DNA from: an uncultured Chloroflexia bacterium
Lineage (GTDB): Bacteria > Chloroflexota > Chloroflexia > Thermomicrobiales > CFX8
Assembly (NCBI GenBank): GCA_963729445.1
Contig: CAVSNU010000003.1
Span: 995,736-1,059,735, forward strand
Length of the DNA stretch: 64,000 nt
Direction of reading: 5' to 3'
The notes beneath the pieces were generated by a model. It had not been told where the DNA came from. It worked only from the letters and a program-made list of their open reading frames with translations, and made no database searches. A program made the translations under genes and the position numbers. Within the stretch, counting starts at the first letter, position 1. Each line of letters begins with the position of its first letter. Shown here piece after piece: positions 29,639 through 39,982 of the stretch.

Positions 29639-31201
29639 CTACCTGACGCGGCGCGCCGTGTAGTAACGCTCGCCCCAGTAGGATTCGTCCATGCCGCTGA
29701 TCAGCACGCCTGTGCGCTCGCTGCCGGCGTGGACAAACTGGTTGCCACCGATGTAGATGCCAACGTGAGAGAGACCCCAGGTGTAGGTGTTCTGGAAGAA
29801 GACCAGATCGCCCGGCTGAAGGTTCCCTCGGTCAACGTAGGTTCCGGACACCGCCTGGACTTCGAGGGAGCGTGACAGGGACGTGTCGAGCACGTTGTTC
29901 ATCACGTACCAGGTGAAGCCCGAGCAGTCGAATCCGGCTGTTGTCGTTCCGCCCCAAACATAGGGCAGACCAACGTAGCGCAGACCTTCATTGACGATGG
30001 CCTGGCCGATGCTGTTCCCGGCCGGTGCGGCCTCTTCGCCTTCCGGCTCAGCCACCACTTCCACCGCGCCTACCGCGGAGCCCTCAGTTGGCTCAGCGTC
30101 GGTGTAGACAAGGTAGCCGCCGTGTACCCAGCCAGTCATGCTGTTGTACTCGACCTGATACCACGGGCTACTTGAGCTGTCATAGATCGGCCCGTCGAGA
30201 ATCGCGACCACAGCGCCCTCGCCGATGACCGTGATCACGCCGGCGCTGTAGCCAGCCTCGTAGCGCATGTTGATGCCGGCACCGCTGGTACCCGTCACGG
30301 CAGCACGAACGCCCGGCGTAAGACTGCCATCGGCGACCGGTGTCTGCTCGACCGGCTCAGCCGCCGGAGCCTCAGCAACCGGCTCTTCGGCAACAGTCTG
30401 GCTGTCACTGAAGTAGCTCGCCATGCTGTAGCCGACGATGCCTTCGAACTCCACGTTGTACCAGGCCGCGCCGTCTGCCCCATAGATGTCGCCCGCGAGG
30501 ATGTTCACCGCGGCGCCTTCTGGGATCACAGCCAACGTCTCGGAGTCGAGAGAGGTAGCGGTGCGGATGCGCAGCCCGGCGCCCTCGGTGCCGGTCACGT
30601 AACCGGTCCAGCTGACGCTGGTGGTGCGGGCGCTCTCCGCGGCGGCGTCCGCGCCGCCGGAGCTTGCTGCGTCAGCGACGAAGTTCGTGTGAACCCAGCC
30701 GTCAACGCCCTCAAAGCTGATCTGCATCCACGAGGCGCCGTCGTCACCGGTCACAGGACCGTCGACGATTTCCACAGTGGTGCCTTCGTGGAGTGTGGTG
30801 ATGACGCCGTCGTTTACCGAAGCGCCTGCTCGTACGTTTACGCCGTCACCGCCGGTGTTGACGATGTAGGCGATGCTCCCGGGCGGGAGCGCCAAGTAGT
30901 CGGAAATGATCCAGCCTTCGGTGCCGGCAGCAGCGACGTAGTACCAGGTCGAGCCGTCTTCGGCTATGACCGGTCCATCCAACACTGTTACGGCGACACC
31001 TTCGTTCAACGTCGTGATTACCGATCCGCCGAAACCGATCGAGTCACGCACGTTCACGCCAGATCCCTGGGTATAAGAAACCTGGGCAGATTCACCAAGT
31101 ATCAAATTCAGATCTGCGGCGGCTGGGATTCCGAGCGCTAGACTCATTATCGCGGCTACAGACAACGCCTGCAGCGTGCGACTGCGTCGAATGCGACTCA
31201 A
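29639..31201 (-). CDS. Secreted cell-wall endopeptidase: 4 bacterial SH3 domains plus NlpC/P60
   Basis: Signal peptide; four GxG(V/L/I)(N/R)xR..W..V..GW-type repeats; PYVWGG, FDCSG, HVGIY; TTG start at 31201 after aagggg. Confidence 0.93.
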   Translation of the reverse strand: MSRIRRSRTLQALSVAAIMSLALGIPAAADLNLILGESAQVSYTQGSGVNVRDSIGFGGSVITTLNEGVAVTVLDGPVIAEDGSTWYYVAAAGTEGWIISDYLALPPGSIAYIVNTGGDGVNVRAGASVNDGVITTLHEGTTVEIVDGPVTGDDGASWMQISFEGVDGWVHTNFVADAASSGGADAAAESARTTSVSWTGYVTGTEGAGLRIRTATSLDSETLAVIPEGAAVNILAGDIYGADGAAWYNVEFEGIVGYSMASYFSDSQTVAEEPVAEAPAAEPVEQTPVADGSLTPGVRAAVTGTSGAGINMRYEAGYSAGVITVIGEGAVVAILDGPIYDSSSSPWYQVEYNSMTGWVHGGYLVYTDAEPTEGSAVGAVEVVAEPEGEEAAPAGNSIGQAIVNEGLRYVGLPYVWGGTTTAGFDCSGFTWYVMNNVLDTSLSRSLEVQAVSGTYVDRGNLQPGDLVFFQNTYTWGLSHVGIYIGGNQFVHAGSERTGVLISGMDESYWGERYYTARRVR

Positions 31202-31565
31202 CCGTATCCCCTTTTCATACACCCGCAGAGGACACCACACACAGACCACAAACACTTGGCACAGGAGCCAAGATCAGTCCGTATACCGTTTGGTGTTCTG
31301 ACGCGCCGTCATGCTGCGACAGCGCTGCCCCTCCTCTGGGTAGCCCTCAACAACCCCGCGCAGTACCGCGCCGCTGCGGCCCCACCTGCTGCGCTTTTCC
31401 CGGGTGCTCCTGTGTGACCACAAGAGTCTTTGCGTTCGACGATCGCGCCCCCACAGGCGAAACGTCGATATGGATCCACGTACTTCCAGTTGTCTGTCAC
31501 CAGTCATTGGCGACAATGGGCGCACGTGCAGAGCATCCAGGACGCCGTTGTCTCAGGACTGCCGG

Positions 31566-31594
31566 ACCTTAACAGGAAAAAACGAGGATGTCAA
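31566..31594 (-). promoter_or_regulatory. sigma70 promoter for the NlpC/P60 gene, implying a ~350-nt leader
   Basis: Minus strand TTGACA-17-TAAGGT with extended TG. Confidence 0.7.
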
Positions 31595-31613
31595 CCTGAA
31601 GGTGACGTTTTGG

Positions 31614-32096
31614 CTACCAGCCAGTATCGTCAACATCCTGAATTTTGCGCGAAAGATAACCACCGCTACGGCCGGCGCCGAGCCCGATCGCGGCCCCCAG
31701 CCAACTGATGACCGCCAGGGTCAACAGCGCGTACAGCGCCCCGGAGAGCAGCACCTGCTCGCTCTCAGCGCCCGACACGGCCGCAAGCGCTACACAGCTC
31801 ACGAGCGCAACCAGGGTTGAGAGCAGCAGTGTTAGCGTCACTCGCCGCTGGCCGATGCCGTGGCGCAGGAAGAACGCGTCGCCGATCCCGATGCCCGCAG
31901 CGACGACAGGCACCAGCAACCAGACGAACACCATGAGGAGCCCGGCAAACGGCTCGACCGCCGCCCAGCTGCTCCCGGCGAGGCCACCGCCCAGGCTCAC
32001 GACCAGGGCAGCCAGCCAGGAACGTCGCCGCAAGCGCACGGGGTCACGGAGCACGCGCGACATCAACGACGGCGGCTCGAAATCAGGTTCCTTCAT
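31614..32096 (-). CDS. Hypothetical membrane protein (about 4 TM)
   Basis: 160 aa ORF directly downstream of hisF with hydrophobic segments. Confidence 0.7.
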   Translation of the reverse strand: MKEPDFEPPSLMSRVLRDPVRLRRRSWLAALVVSLGGGLAGSSWAAVEPFAGLLMVFVWLLVPVVAAGIGIGDAFFLRHGIGQRRVTLTLLLSTLVALVSCVALAAVSGAESEQVLLSGALYALLTLAVISWLGAAIGLGAGRSGGYLSRKIQDVDDTGW

Positions 32097-32104
32097 TAGA
32101 AGGC

Positions 32105-32890
32105 TTACGACGTGTCACGAAGACACGGGGTTGGACGAACCGGCACACCAGCCTGGCGCAAGTACTCCTTCGCCTCAGCGATGCTATGCGTGCCGAAGTG
32201 GAAGATCGACGCTGCCAGGACTGCGTGTGCGCCGCCATCCGTCAGTCCCTGCAACAGGTGCTCTAGCCGGCCCACGCCCCCCGACGCGATTACCGGCACG
32301 CCCACCGTGTTAGCGACGGTCCGTGTTAGCTCTAACTCATACCCCTCCAGCGTGCCGTCAGCGTCGATGCTGTTGAGCAGAATCTCGCCTGCTCCGAGAG
32401 CAACGCCACGCCGCGCCCACTCAACTGCGTCGATCCCGGTCGGCTTGCGGCCGCCGTGGGTATACACCTCCCACGAACCCGGGCCCGAGCTACGTGCATC
32501 TATTGAAAGAACAATGCATTGACTCCCGAAACGGTTAGCGCCTTCTGCGATCAGCTCCGGACGAGCGACAGCTGCCGAATTGACCGCCACCTTGTCGGCG
32601 CCGGCCCGCAAGAGCGTGTACATGTCGTCGGTCGTGCGGATGCCGCCACCGACCGTTAGCGGGATAAATACCTGCCTGGCGGTGGCGCGCACGACGTCAA
32701 CCATGGTCGCTCGCCCGTCGCTCGTTGCGGTGATATCAAGGAACGTGATCTCGTCCGCGCCGGCCCGATCGTAGGCTGCCGCCAGCTCCACCGGGTCGCC
32801 GGCGTCGCGCAGCCCGACGAACTGCACCCCCTTCACCACCCGGCCATTGTCCACGTCCAGGCACGGAATGATTCTCCGGCACAGTGTCAA
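32105..32890 (-). CDS. hisF: Imidazole glycerol phosphate synthase cyclase subunit
   Basis: [41 protein letters not shown]. Confidence 0.97.
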   Translation of the reverse strand: MTLCRRIIPCLDVDNGRVVKGVQFVGLRDAGDPVELAAAYDRAGADEITFLDITATSDGRATMVDVVRATARQVFIPLTVGGGIRTTDDMYTLLRAGADKVAVNSAAVARPELIAEGANRFGSQCIVLSIDARSSGPGSWEVYTHGGRKPTGIDAVEWARRGVALGAGEILLNSIDADGTLEGYELELTRTVANTVGVPVIASGGVGRLEHLLQGLTDGGAHAVLAASIFHFGTHSIAEAKEYLRQAGVPVRPTPCLRDTS

Positions 32891-34035
32891 CTCATACCCT
32901 CCGTGCGTTCACGCTGGTTGGGGCGAGCCGGCTGCTCGCGTGTCATATCAGCTTCGGCGGCGCGCCGGCCCTCGACGGCGGTCTCCAGCTCTGCCTGAAT
33001 CTGGTCGAATCGCTGGCGAACTCTCAGCTCGTGCAGATGCCAGAGCTCGCGTCGCAGACGCGTATCAGCGTCCAGAAGCTCGTCCAGCCGCATGTCAACC
33101 ATGTTGATCCGGTAGGCCAGCTCGCGGTCCACATCGATCAGGCCATCGATTCGCTCGGTGACGCGCTCGTAGCGCTGCTCGCCATTCTGGCGCAGGTCAC
33201 GAACGCTGATGTCCAGTTGTACCCGCACCTCGTCAATTCGCTCGCCCAGAATTTCGTCGCGCTCACTCGACTGGCCATAATAGCGGGTGATTTCACCCTG
33301 AAGACGCTCATCAACGCGGCCCAGCTCCTCCAGAGCAGGGTCGATGTGGCGGATAGAGTCGCGCAACTCGCTGATCTGGGCATCCAGCTGACCGAAGATC
33401 GGGCGCACCTCGTCATAGCGCACAACGATGTTCTCGATCTCCTGGTTGGTTTCGGCAATCCTCCGCCTGACTTCCTGTTCGACGATGCGAACACTATCCT
33501 CCGATTTGAGGATGTCGCGCTGATTCTGCTCGATGTCGGTCCGCAGCGAGGCAAGCGAGTCGCGAATGAGCTGGACGACATCGTTGTTGCGTTCGGCGAT
33601 CGCCGACACGTGCTCAATCTGGGTCCGCAGCTCTTCATAGCGGCGGATCTCATCCTGGTTGTCGTCGCGGCCCCGGCGAATGACCTCGAGCACTTCGGAG
33701 ACATGCGCCTGGAGCCCCCGTACCGGCTTGATACTCTCGTCGATTCTGGCATCAATGTCCGCGACCTGCTGCCGCATCCGCGCATCGTCCAGTTGCCGTG
33801 CCTGAGCTGCCTGCGCCACCTCGTGCCGGTGCTGCTCAACCGAGCCGCGCAGCTGAGCCAGTCCTACTTCATAATTCTTGAACTGTTCATCAACACGGGC
33901 CTGGCGGCTGACCAGCTCACGGACCAGCGAACGCAGCTCGTCGAACTGCGTCTGGAGCGCGGCCGCCCGGATTTCATCGCGTTTGCGACGGTCTTCGTCT
34001 CGTGAGACATCGCGCAGGTCGTTCCGCGAGCTCAT
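32887..34035 (-). CDS. Hypothetical long coiled-coil protein
   Basis: About 382 aa, E/R/Q/L-rich heptad pattern, no TM; start and stop overlap hisA and hisF. Confidence 0.8.
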   Translation of the reverse strand: MSSRNDLRDVSRDEDRRKRDEIRAAALQTQFDELRSLVRELVSRQARVDEQFKNYEVGLAQLRGSVEQHRHEVAQAAQARQLDDARMRQQVADIDARIDESIKPVRGLQAHVSEVLEVIRRGRDDNQDEIRRYEELRTQIEHVSAIAERNNDVVQLIRDSLASLRTDIEQNQRDILKSEDSVRIVEQEVRRRIAETNQEIENIVVRYDEVRPIFGQLDAQISELRDSIRHIDPALEELGRVDERLQGEITRYYGQSSERDEILGERIDEVRVQLDISVRDLRQNGEQRYERVTERIDGLIDVDRELAYRINMVDMRLDELLDADTRLRRELWHLHELRVRQRFDQIQAELETAVEGRRAAEADMTREQPARPNQRERTEGMS

Positions 34036-34781
34036 GGCGCTCCTATCTCGTTCGCTGCCGGTGACTCCGTCATCGTCCACTCACCGTGCGCAAGCACAAC
34101 ATCCCCGGTATACAATGCCCGGCCCACAATCGTGCCCTCAACGCCGGGAATCGTTGCCAGGCGCTCCAGGTCCGCACGACGGCTGACGCCGCCAGACGCG
34201 ATAATGCCAATTCCAAGGGCCGCAGCCTCAGCCACCGCCGTAAAATTGGGAGACGTGAGCATGCCGTCCCGCTCGATGTCGGTGTACACCACATGTTGCA
34301 CGCCTCGGTCACGCATTGTACCGATCAAGTCGAGCGCGCTCACCGAGCTCGTCTCGAGCCAACCCTGCGTCGCGACCTGACCATCCCTGGCGTCAACGCC
34401 AACGATCACGCGCTCCGGCCCGTACGCGTCGATGAGCTCCACAACGAGCCGTGGATCTGTCACGGCAGCCGTGCCCAGGATTACCCGTTCAACACCGGCC
34501 GCAAACAGCTCCTCAGCGTGACGCCGGCTCCGGATGCCACCACCGACCTGCACCGGTATATCGAGCGCCGCAACAATCTCCCCGATCGTGTCGCGCTGCT
34601 GGGGAACGCCGTCGCGCGCGCCGTCGAGGTCAACCACGTGCAGGAGTGGTGCGCCAGCGGCCTGCCACCCCCGGGCAACCGCAACCGGGTCTTCATTGAA
34701 GATGGTCTCGCGGCTGTAGTCACCCTGCACGAGCCGCACGCAGCGTCCAGCGCGCAGGTCAATGGCCGGGATCACAATCAT
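34032..34781 (-). CDS. hisA: ProFAR isomerase
   Basis: VIPAIDL, VRLVQG, HVVDLDGA, QVGGGIR, TDIERDG, IASGGV. Confidence 0.97.
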   Translation of the reverse strand: MIVIPAIDLRAGRCVRLVQGDYSRETIFNEDPVAVARGWQAAGAPLLHVVDLDGARDGVPQQRDTIGEIVAALDIPVQVGGGIRSRRHAEELFAAGVERVILGTAAVTDPRLVVELIDAYGPERVIVGVDARDGQVATQGWLETSSVSALDLIGTMRDRGVQHVVYTDIERDGMLTSPNFTAVAEAAALGIGIIASGGVSRRADLERLATIPGVEGTIVGRALYTGDVVLAHGEWTMTESPAANEIGAP

Positions 34782-35446
34782 TCGGCAGCTCCGGCCCGTA
34801 CACCAACCAGTCTATCGACCCCGCCGGCCTCGACAATACGGATAAAGTTTCGCAGGAGACGCATGCCGTAGGTGCCGCTCTTCTCAGGGTGAAACTGCGT
34901 GCTCATGATGTTGCCGCGACCGATCATGCTGGGGAACGTCGCGCCGTACTCGGTCTCAGTCAGGACCCATTCCGGATCGTGCGGGAAGCAGGCAAAGGAG
35001 TGCACGAAATAGAACTCCGCGCCGACCGGGATTCCATCAAGCAGCGGGTGCCCATTACCATGTTCCGTCGGATTCACGGCATTCCAACCCATGTGTGGCA
35101 CGGCCAGATCGGTCTCAAGCCGGCGCACCACGCCGGGCACGACATCCAGGCAGGTCTGACCGCCATGCTCCTCGCTGAAGGTCATGAGAGCCTGCATGCC
35201 CATGCACACGCCAAGATAGGGCGTGTCAGCGGCCATGACGTCCAGCACGGGCGCGATAAGCCCCCCGCGCTCCAGATTCTGCATGGTGTCTCGCGCCGCG
35301 CCAACTCCCGGCACGATAACGCCCGCCGCAGACCGGATAACCTCCGGGTCTGCGGTCAGCACGGCGTCCGCGCCAACAGCTTCGAGCGCATTTACCACGC
35401 TCTGCACGTTGCCAGCTCCATAGTCCACGACAGCTATCACAGTCAC
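34778..35446 (-). CDS. hisH: Imidazole glycerol phosphate synthase glutaminase subunit
   Basis: DYGAGN, PGVG, GVCMGMQ, PHMGWN, YFVHS, QFHPEKS. Confidence 0.97.
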   Translation of the reverse strand: MTVIAVVDYGAGNVQSVVNALEAVGADAVLTADPEVIRSAAGVIVPGVGAARDTMQNLERGGLIAPVLDVMAADTPYLGVCMGMQALMTFSEEHGGQTCLDVVPGVVRRLETDLAVPHMGWNAVNPTEHGNGHPLLDGIPVGAEFYFVHSFACFPHDPEWVLTETEYGATFPSMIGRGNIMSTQFHPEKSGTYGMRLLRNFIRIVEAGGVDRLVGVRAGAAE

Positions 35447-35507
35447 ATCTCCTATGTGTCCCTATGAAGGAAGATACATGGTCACGACACGAGACGGCTA
35501 GACGTCC

Positions 35508-36470
35508 CTAGCTGTCAACGCTGTTGGACCCGTTGTCACGGTCCAGGGCATCAAGGACAGTTACAACCCCCGCGCCAAGCGCAGTGAGATTGTATCCACC
35601 TTCCAGCACAAGGACTAACCTGCCCTCACCCGACTGTTTCGCAAGGTTGTGAACCGAGCGCGCCATCTCCCCGAATGCCTCTGTCGAGAGCCGCATCTGA
35701 GCCAGAGGGTCATCCCGATGCGCGTCGAACCCCGCCGAGACCATCACCAACTGGGGCTGGAATGTCGCCACCGCTGGTTCTACCTCGTCACGAAATGCGG
35801 CCAGATAGGTGGCGTCCCCGCTCCCCGCCGGCAAAGGCACATTAATGGTGAAACCCTCTCCCGCCCCACCGCCGCGTTCATCGCGAGCACCAGTGCCCGG
35901 GTAAAACGGATACTGGTGCAGCGAGACAACCAGGACCGTGGGATCTTCCCAGAAGATGGCCTGGGTGCCATTGCCATGGTGGACATCCCAGTCAATAATC
36001 GCCACCCGCTCGAGGCCGTACTGTTGCATCGCGTGCCGGGTTGCGATCGCCACATTGTTGAAGAGGCAGAATCCCATCGCTCGGGCCGGTTCAGCGTGAT
36101 GCCCGGGTGGACGCGACAGCGAGAAGACGCGCCGTTCATTCCCCGCCAGCACCAGATCAACCGCCTCCATCGCTCCACCCGCCGCCAACAGCGCTACCTC
36201 GTATGAGTCCGGCGAGACATAGGTGTCAGGGTCCAGCCAGCCCCCGCCCCGCTCGGCAGTGCCCTGCACCAGCTCCACCAGTGCCGGCAGGTGAACCGCA
36301 GTTACCGCATCAACCGGCGCAAGCCGTGGCGCGTAGACGCCGCGATCGTCGAACTTTCCGGCCTGGGACAATGCGCGCTCCAGCGCCGTGATCCGCTCAG
36401 GGCATTCCGGATGCGATCCAGTATCGTGGCGCCGGTATTCTGTCGACCAGATCAGAGAGGTAGCTTTCAT
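35508..36470 (-). CDS. Histone deacetylase family protein
   Basis: HPECPER, RPPGHHA, GFCLFNNVA, DWDVHHGNGTQ, SAGFD, LEGGY. Confidence 0.95.
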   Translation of the reverse strand: MKATSLIWSTEYRRHDTGSHPECPERITALERALSQAGKFDDRGVYAPRLAPVDAVTAVHLPALVELVQGTAERGGGWLDPDTYVSPDSYEVALLAAGGAMEAVDLVLAGNERRVFSLSRPPGHHAEPARAMGFCLFNNVAIATRHAMQQYGLERVAIIDWDVHHGNGTQAIFWEDPTVLVVSLHQYPFYPGTGARDERGGGAGEGFTINVPLPAGSGDATYLAAFRDEVEPAVATFQPQLVMVSAGFDAHRDDPLAQMRLSTEAFGEMARSVHNLAKQSGEGRLVLVLEGGYNLTALGAGVVTVLDALDRDNGSNSVDS

Positions 36471-36518
36471 GGAACCAAGTATACGAAGTATGTCTAAACG
36501 TAATACTGCAGCTGCCGA

Positions 36519-38297
36519 TCACCCCGCGCAGAGCACTTCCCGGGCGACGACAGGATTGGAGTCGATGCGCAGCTGGGTCAACCGCCAGCTGTTCCGGACA
36601 TTACTGGAGAACTGGTGGATTGTCAGGGGAGCCTCAACCGCATCAATCAGCCTTGCCACATCTCCGCACTGCAACACGTCGACCGCGGCGCGCAGCTCTT
36701 CCGTTGGCGCCATCACGCTCACGAGGCCATACCGCGCCTGCGTCCACTCGGCCGGCATCAATTTTTCATGTCCTGGACGTCCGCGTTCTTCAACGCGCAT
36801 GCGGCTTGCAAGCGCGTCCCCCAGCCCCTGAATGTCGACCATGAGCACATCTCCGCCTGCGGCATACCCCCGCACGCCGATGTTGCCGACGGCGACGACC
36901 AGCCCGGCACGCTCATCAACGCCCGGGTCTAACGGACTCGTCCCCACCTGGGTAATCAGGACACGGGGGTATCCATCCGCCCACGCTCGCAGCTCGAAGC
37001 CGTGTTGCGCCCAACCCGCCTCCAAGTCGCGATAGTCCTCGATCGTCACCGGGTGCGCTCGCCCGGACCGCTCGACGTAGAACACGCGCTCGTCATAGAT
37101 CGTGGGCTCAGCTACGAGCGTGTCGGACGACCACCGGAGCGACGCAGCGCACACGAGTGCCCATGTCATCACCGGCAGAATGACCGCCGCGACGGCGATT
37201 GGGCGCCAGCGCTGGACATCAGGAACCCGGAGGGGGACGGCAGCCAGAGGAAGCAGCATCGCAAACAGTGTCGGCAGCAAGAACCGGCCGTGCATGAAGT
37301 CGCCACCCAGCCGGATGACGTAGAGCGCGTGCAACAGCGCAGCAACTACCGGCGCAGCCAGCACGAACGCCGCGCGGCAGCGCCCACGGACCAAACGTCC
37401 AAGCAGCACGAGCCACGGTACCGCGAGCAGTACCAACGGTATCCACAAGGCATACGTACCAACGAAGTCACTGAGGTAGAGCCATCCCTGGTACCAGTTG
37501 GACATGCCGGCCTCTTTTGCGAGCGCCGTGTTCGGGACGATCGCGCCGAAATAACCCATCCGGAATACCTGATACAGCCCCGGCACGAGCCCGAACCCCA
37601 GGATCAACCAGAGACCGTGGGACACGCTCCCCCTTCGTGGCTGCCCGATGAGCTCACACACCAGGAGCGCGGCCAGGAACACGACCGCGAAAATGCCCAG
37701 GTCAGGCCGGACGAGCGGACCCGTCCCGAAGACAAGCGCTGCAAGGAAAGCGTGGCGTCTGGACGGCTGGACAGCGACGGCGCGGCGCACCAGCAGCCAG
37801 AATGAGACCCCGAGCCACGCGAAACTCAGGCTGGTCTCCAGTCCGGAGGTGACGAAATCCCAGACAACCGGTATCGCAACGAAGACGATTGCTCCAAGCG
37901 GGACGACGATCTCCCGGCCATCATCGGGGGTACCCCCCTGGACGTACCTCAACAGACGCAGCGCACCCAGTTGAGCGGTGATCAGCCCAATCGCCGACAG
38001 GAGCAGTCCCAGATACACCGCCCCGTGTTCCAGGCGCAGCCCTGCGGCCCCCCAGGCTGCCAGAATGGCCACCCACAGGGGATGGGTATACACTTCGACC
38101 CGTTCACCAACGTTGAATACCGGACCGTACCCGGAGAGCAGATTGTCCACCGCCCGCAACGAAATGAAAGCGTCTTCAGCAACCCAGCGCCGGCGGTAGC
38201 CCATTGTCAACAAGAAGAGCAACGGCAACGTCAGGAGCACAGCGTTCACGACGTTGAAAGTCGACATCTGTCTACGCAGAGTGTGTATCACCTTCAT
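36519..38297 (-). CDS. GT-C membrane glycosyltransferase, AftB (arabinofuranosyltransferase)-like
   Basis: RRWVAEDAFI..GYGPVFNVGERVE, TSGLET, LVRPD, FRMGYFG..VPNTALAK, GGDFMHGR, RPGHEK. Confidence 0.75.
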   Translation of the reverse strand: MKVIHTLRRQMSTFNVVNAVLLTLPLLFLLTMGYRRRWVAEDAFISLRAVDNLLSGYGPVFNVGERVEVYTHPLWVAILAAWGAAGLRLEHGAVYLGLLLSAIGLITAQLGALRLLRYVQGGTPDDGREIVVPLGAIVFVAIPVVWDFVTSGLETSLSFAWLGVSFWLLVRRAVAVQPSRRHAFLAALVFGTGPLVRPDLGIFAVVFLAALLVCELIGQPRRGSVSHGLWLILGFGLVPGLYQVFRMGYFGAIVPNTALAKEAGMSNWYQGWLYLSDFVGTYALWIPLVLLAVPWLVLLGRLVRGRCRAAFVLAAPVVAALLHALYVIRLGGDFMHGRFLLPTLFAMLLPLAAVPLRVPDVQRWRPIAVAAVILPVMTWALVCAASLRWSSDTLVAEPTIYDERVFYVERSGRAHPVTIEDYRDLEAGWAQHGFELRAWADGYPRVLITQVGTSPLDPGVDERAGLVVAVGNIGVRGYAAGGDVLMVDIQGLGDALASRMRVEERGRPGHEKLMPAEWTQARYGLVSVMAPTEELRAAVDVLQCGDVARLIDAVEAPLTIHQFSSNVRNSWRLTQLRIDSNPVVAREVLCAG

Positions 38298-38582
38298 GCT
38301 GCCCGTGTGGCCAAGTCATCTCTCGTAGGGGAGGATCTCGTGTCCTCCCGGTTTACCATACGGGGACACGTCCCCAGCCTGGGTCCCATAATCGATTCTA
38401 TCGCCATCGCTCACCCCAGCCGTCGTCTCCAGTCCGCACGACGTGGGGTATCGGGCCGACCCGGGCAAAGTCGTGTGTCATCGTGAGCGCGGCCCTAAAG
38501 ATCTCAAGGCAGCGGACCTGGGCGGACACATCGGGTGACTGGCAAGAGATGGAGGGAACCATTGTTGGAGCGCGGGCTCGGA

Positions 38583-39398
38583 CTACGCCCCGCCATCATC
38601 CAGGGCATCCCCGGCAAGGAGCGGGGTGGAATCACTCGATGCGGAAGCGAGGGGGCGGGTGGAAGCACGGGTCGTGATCAGGCCACGGGCAACCAGCGAG
38701 CGAGTCACCTCAACAAGTTGCTCGCTTGTCAGTGACAGCTTCCCCGACAGGTCGCGTAACGGCGCCGGCGCACCCATGACCGCCAGTACGCTCCACTCAT
38801 CGTCAGTGAGATTGATTCGATTCGGGTTCCAGAAGCCACCGGACAGCCCACATTCGACGTCCATATCGATGTGTTGCTGCGCCCGGATCGATGGGTCATA
38901 GGTCAGACGATAGCCGAACCGATCCAGCGTCTCGCCCAGACGGTCAAGCGCGCGCTCAAGGTCGCCCTGGATGCTTCCCGCCAGCTCGATGACGCCGGCG
39001 AAATGGTTCTGGCACACGACGGGGATCCCGAGATAATTGGAAATGGCGATTGGCCGGATGCCGCTGCCGTCTGGTTGGGCGACCCGAGGGCGAGTGACCC
39101 GTATCGGGAAGCGGGAGAGTCCAACCATCCAGGCCATGGCGATCTCGGCCTGGTCGGCCGTGTGCGAGGTGACCATGCCGTGCTGCAGGGTATGCACGGT
39201 CCACGCGCCCCCAACCAGCTGGCGAGTGAAGCGCGCCCGTTCAATGCCAAATGCAGTCGCACACTGGTCAAGGACATCCATAATGATTGACGTCTCGGAG
39301 GTAGAAGCGCTGCGCTGCGGGGAGCCGGAGACACGGGCAGTGAAGCCGGGATCGGTCAGATTATTGGCCGGGTCCGCCGGCAGGCCATGTTCGACCAT
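38583..39398 (-). CDS. Hypothetical protein (GAF-like segment and C-terminal winged-helix-like segment)
   Basis: NYLGIPVV..FAGVIEL; LTDDEWSVL..RSLVARGLI. Confidence 0.65.
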   Translation of the reverse strand: MVEHGLPADPANNLTDPGFTARVSGSPQRSASTSETSIIMDVLDQCATAFGIERARFTRQLVGGAWTVHTLQHGMVTSHTADQAEIAMAWMVGLSRFPIRVTRPRVAQPDGSGIRPIAISNYLGIPVVCQNHFAGVIELAGSIQGDLERALDRLGETLDRFGYRLTYDPSIRAQQHIDMDVECGLSGGFWNPNRINLTDDEWSVLAVMGAPAPLRDLSGKLSLTSEQLVEVTRSLVARGLITTRASTRPLASASSDSTPLLAGDALDDGGA

Positions 39399-39433
39399 CG
39401 ATATCGTCGCCCGATCCCCGCGGTGTTATACCG

Positions 39434-39871
39434 TTACTCTTCCCGCTGCCAGATTGTGCGGGACAATTCACCGCGCACCATCGCCCGCAGGTGCTCTTGC
39501 TCGTGCGTATCGAGGACCTGGATCGCCGCCCGGCACTGCTCGACGATCGCCACCTCGCCAGTTTCAGAGCAACGTTCCAGCATCGCGTCGACGATCCCAG
39601 ATTCGCCCAGCGACGCCATGGATCCGAACCATGCGGCGATCCGCAGCTCGTCCGGCAACGGCAGCAGCGGTCGCAGCTGCTCGAACCGGCCCAGGCGTTC
39701 CTGTGGGCTGGATACCATGTCGTCGACCGTCACCCACGGCGGAATCTCGATGGTATGCCGAAAGTCCAGCATCAGGGTCTTCCCAAAACGCGGAAAAAAG
39801 AGGCTCAGCACCTCAGCGGAACGAATCGCCTCAATGATCCTAGTATGAAAGAGTTGGAATGGGTTGTCCAT
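39434..39871 (-). CDS. Hypothetical protein
   Basis: ATG at 39871 after gggag; co-oriented downstream of suhB. Confidence 0.7.
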   Translation of the reverse strand: MDNPFQLFHTRIIEAIRSAEVLSLFFPRFGKTLMLDFRHTIEIPPWVTVDDMVSSPQERLGRFEQLRPLLPLPDELRIAAWFGSMASLGESGIVDAMLERCSETGEVAIVEQCRAAIQVLDTHEQEHLRAMVRGELSRTIWQREE

Positions 39872-39982
39872 GGCGATTACTCCCAATTTCCGACGGGACG
39901 GTACTCCCAAAAACCGGCACACACGCGAGCGGAAACGGGTCCGCAGAGAAGTCTACATTCCGACGGGTATTTCTGAGAATCG

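Noticed and set aside
31202-31565. ydaO/c-di-AMP riboswitch
   Set aside because: Expected by context, but the hallmark GCTGAATC, GGGGGAACC and CCCGTCAGCTAAC segments are not visible
32884-34005. 373-aa plus-strand ORF
   Set aside because: Antisense shadow of the coiled-coil gene, typical of high-GC codon bias; same for 16664..18166, 20200..21315 and 25261..26523
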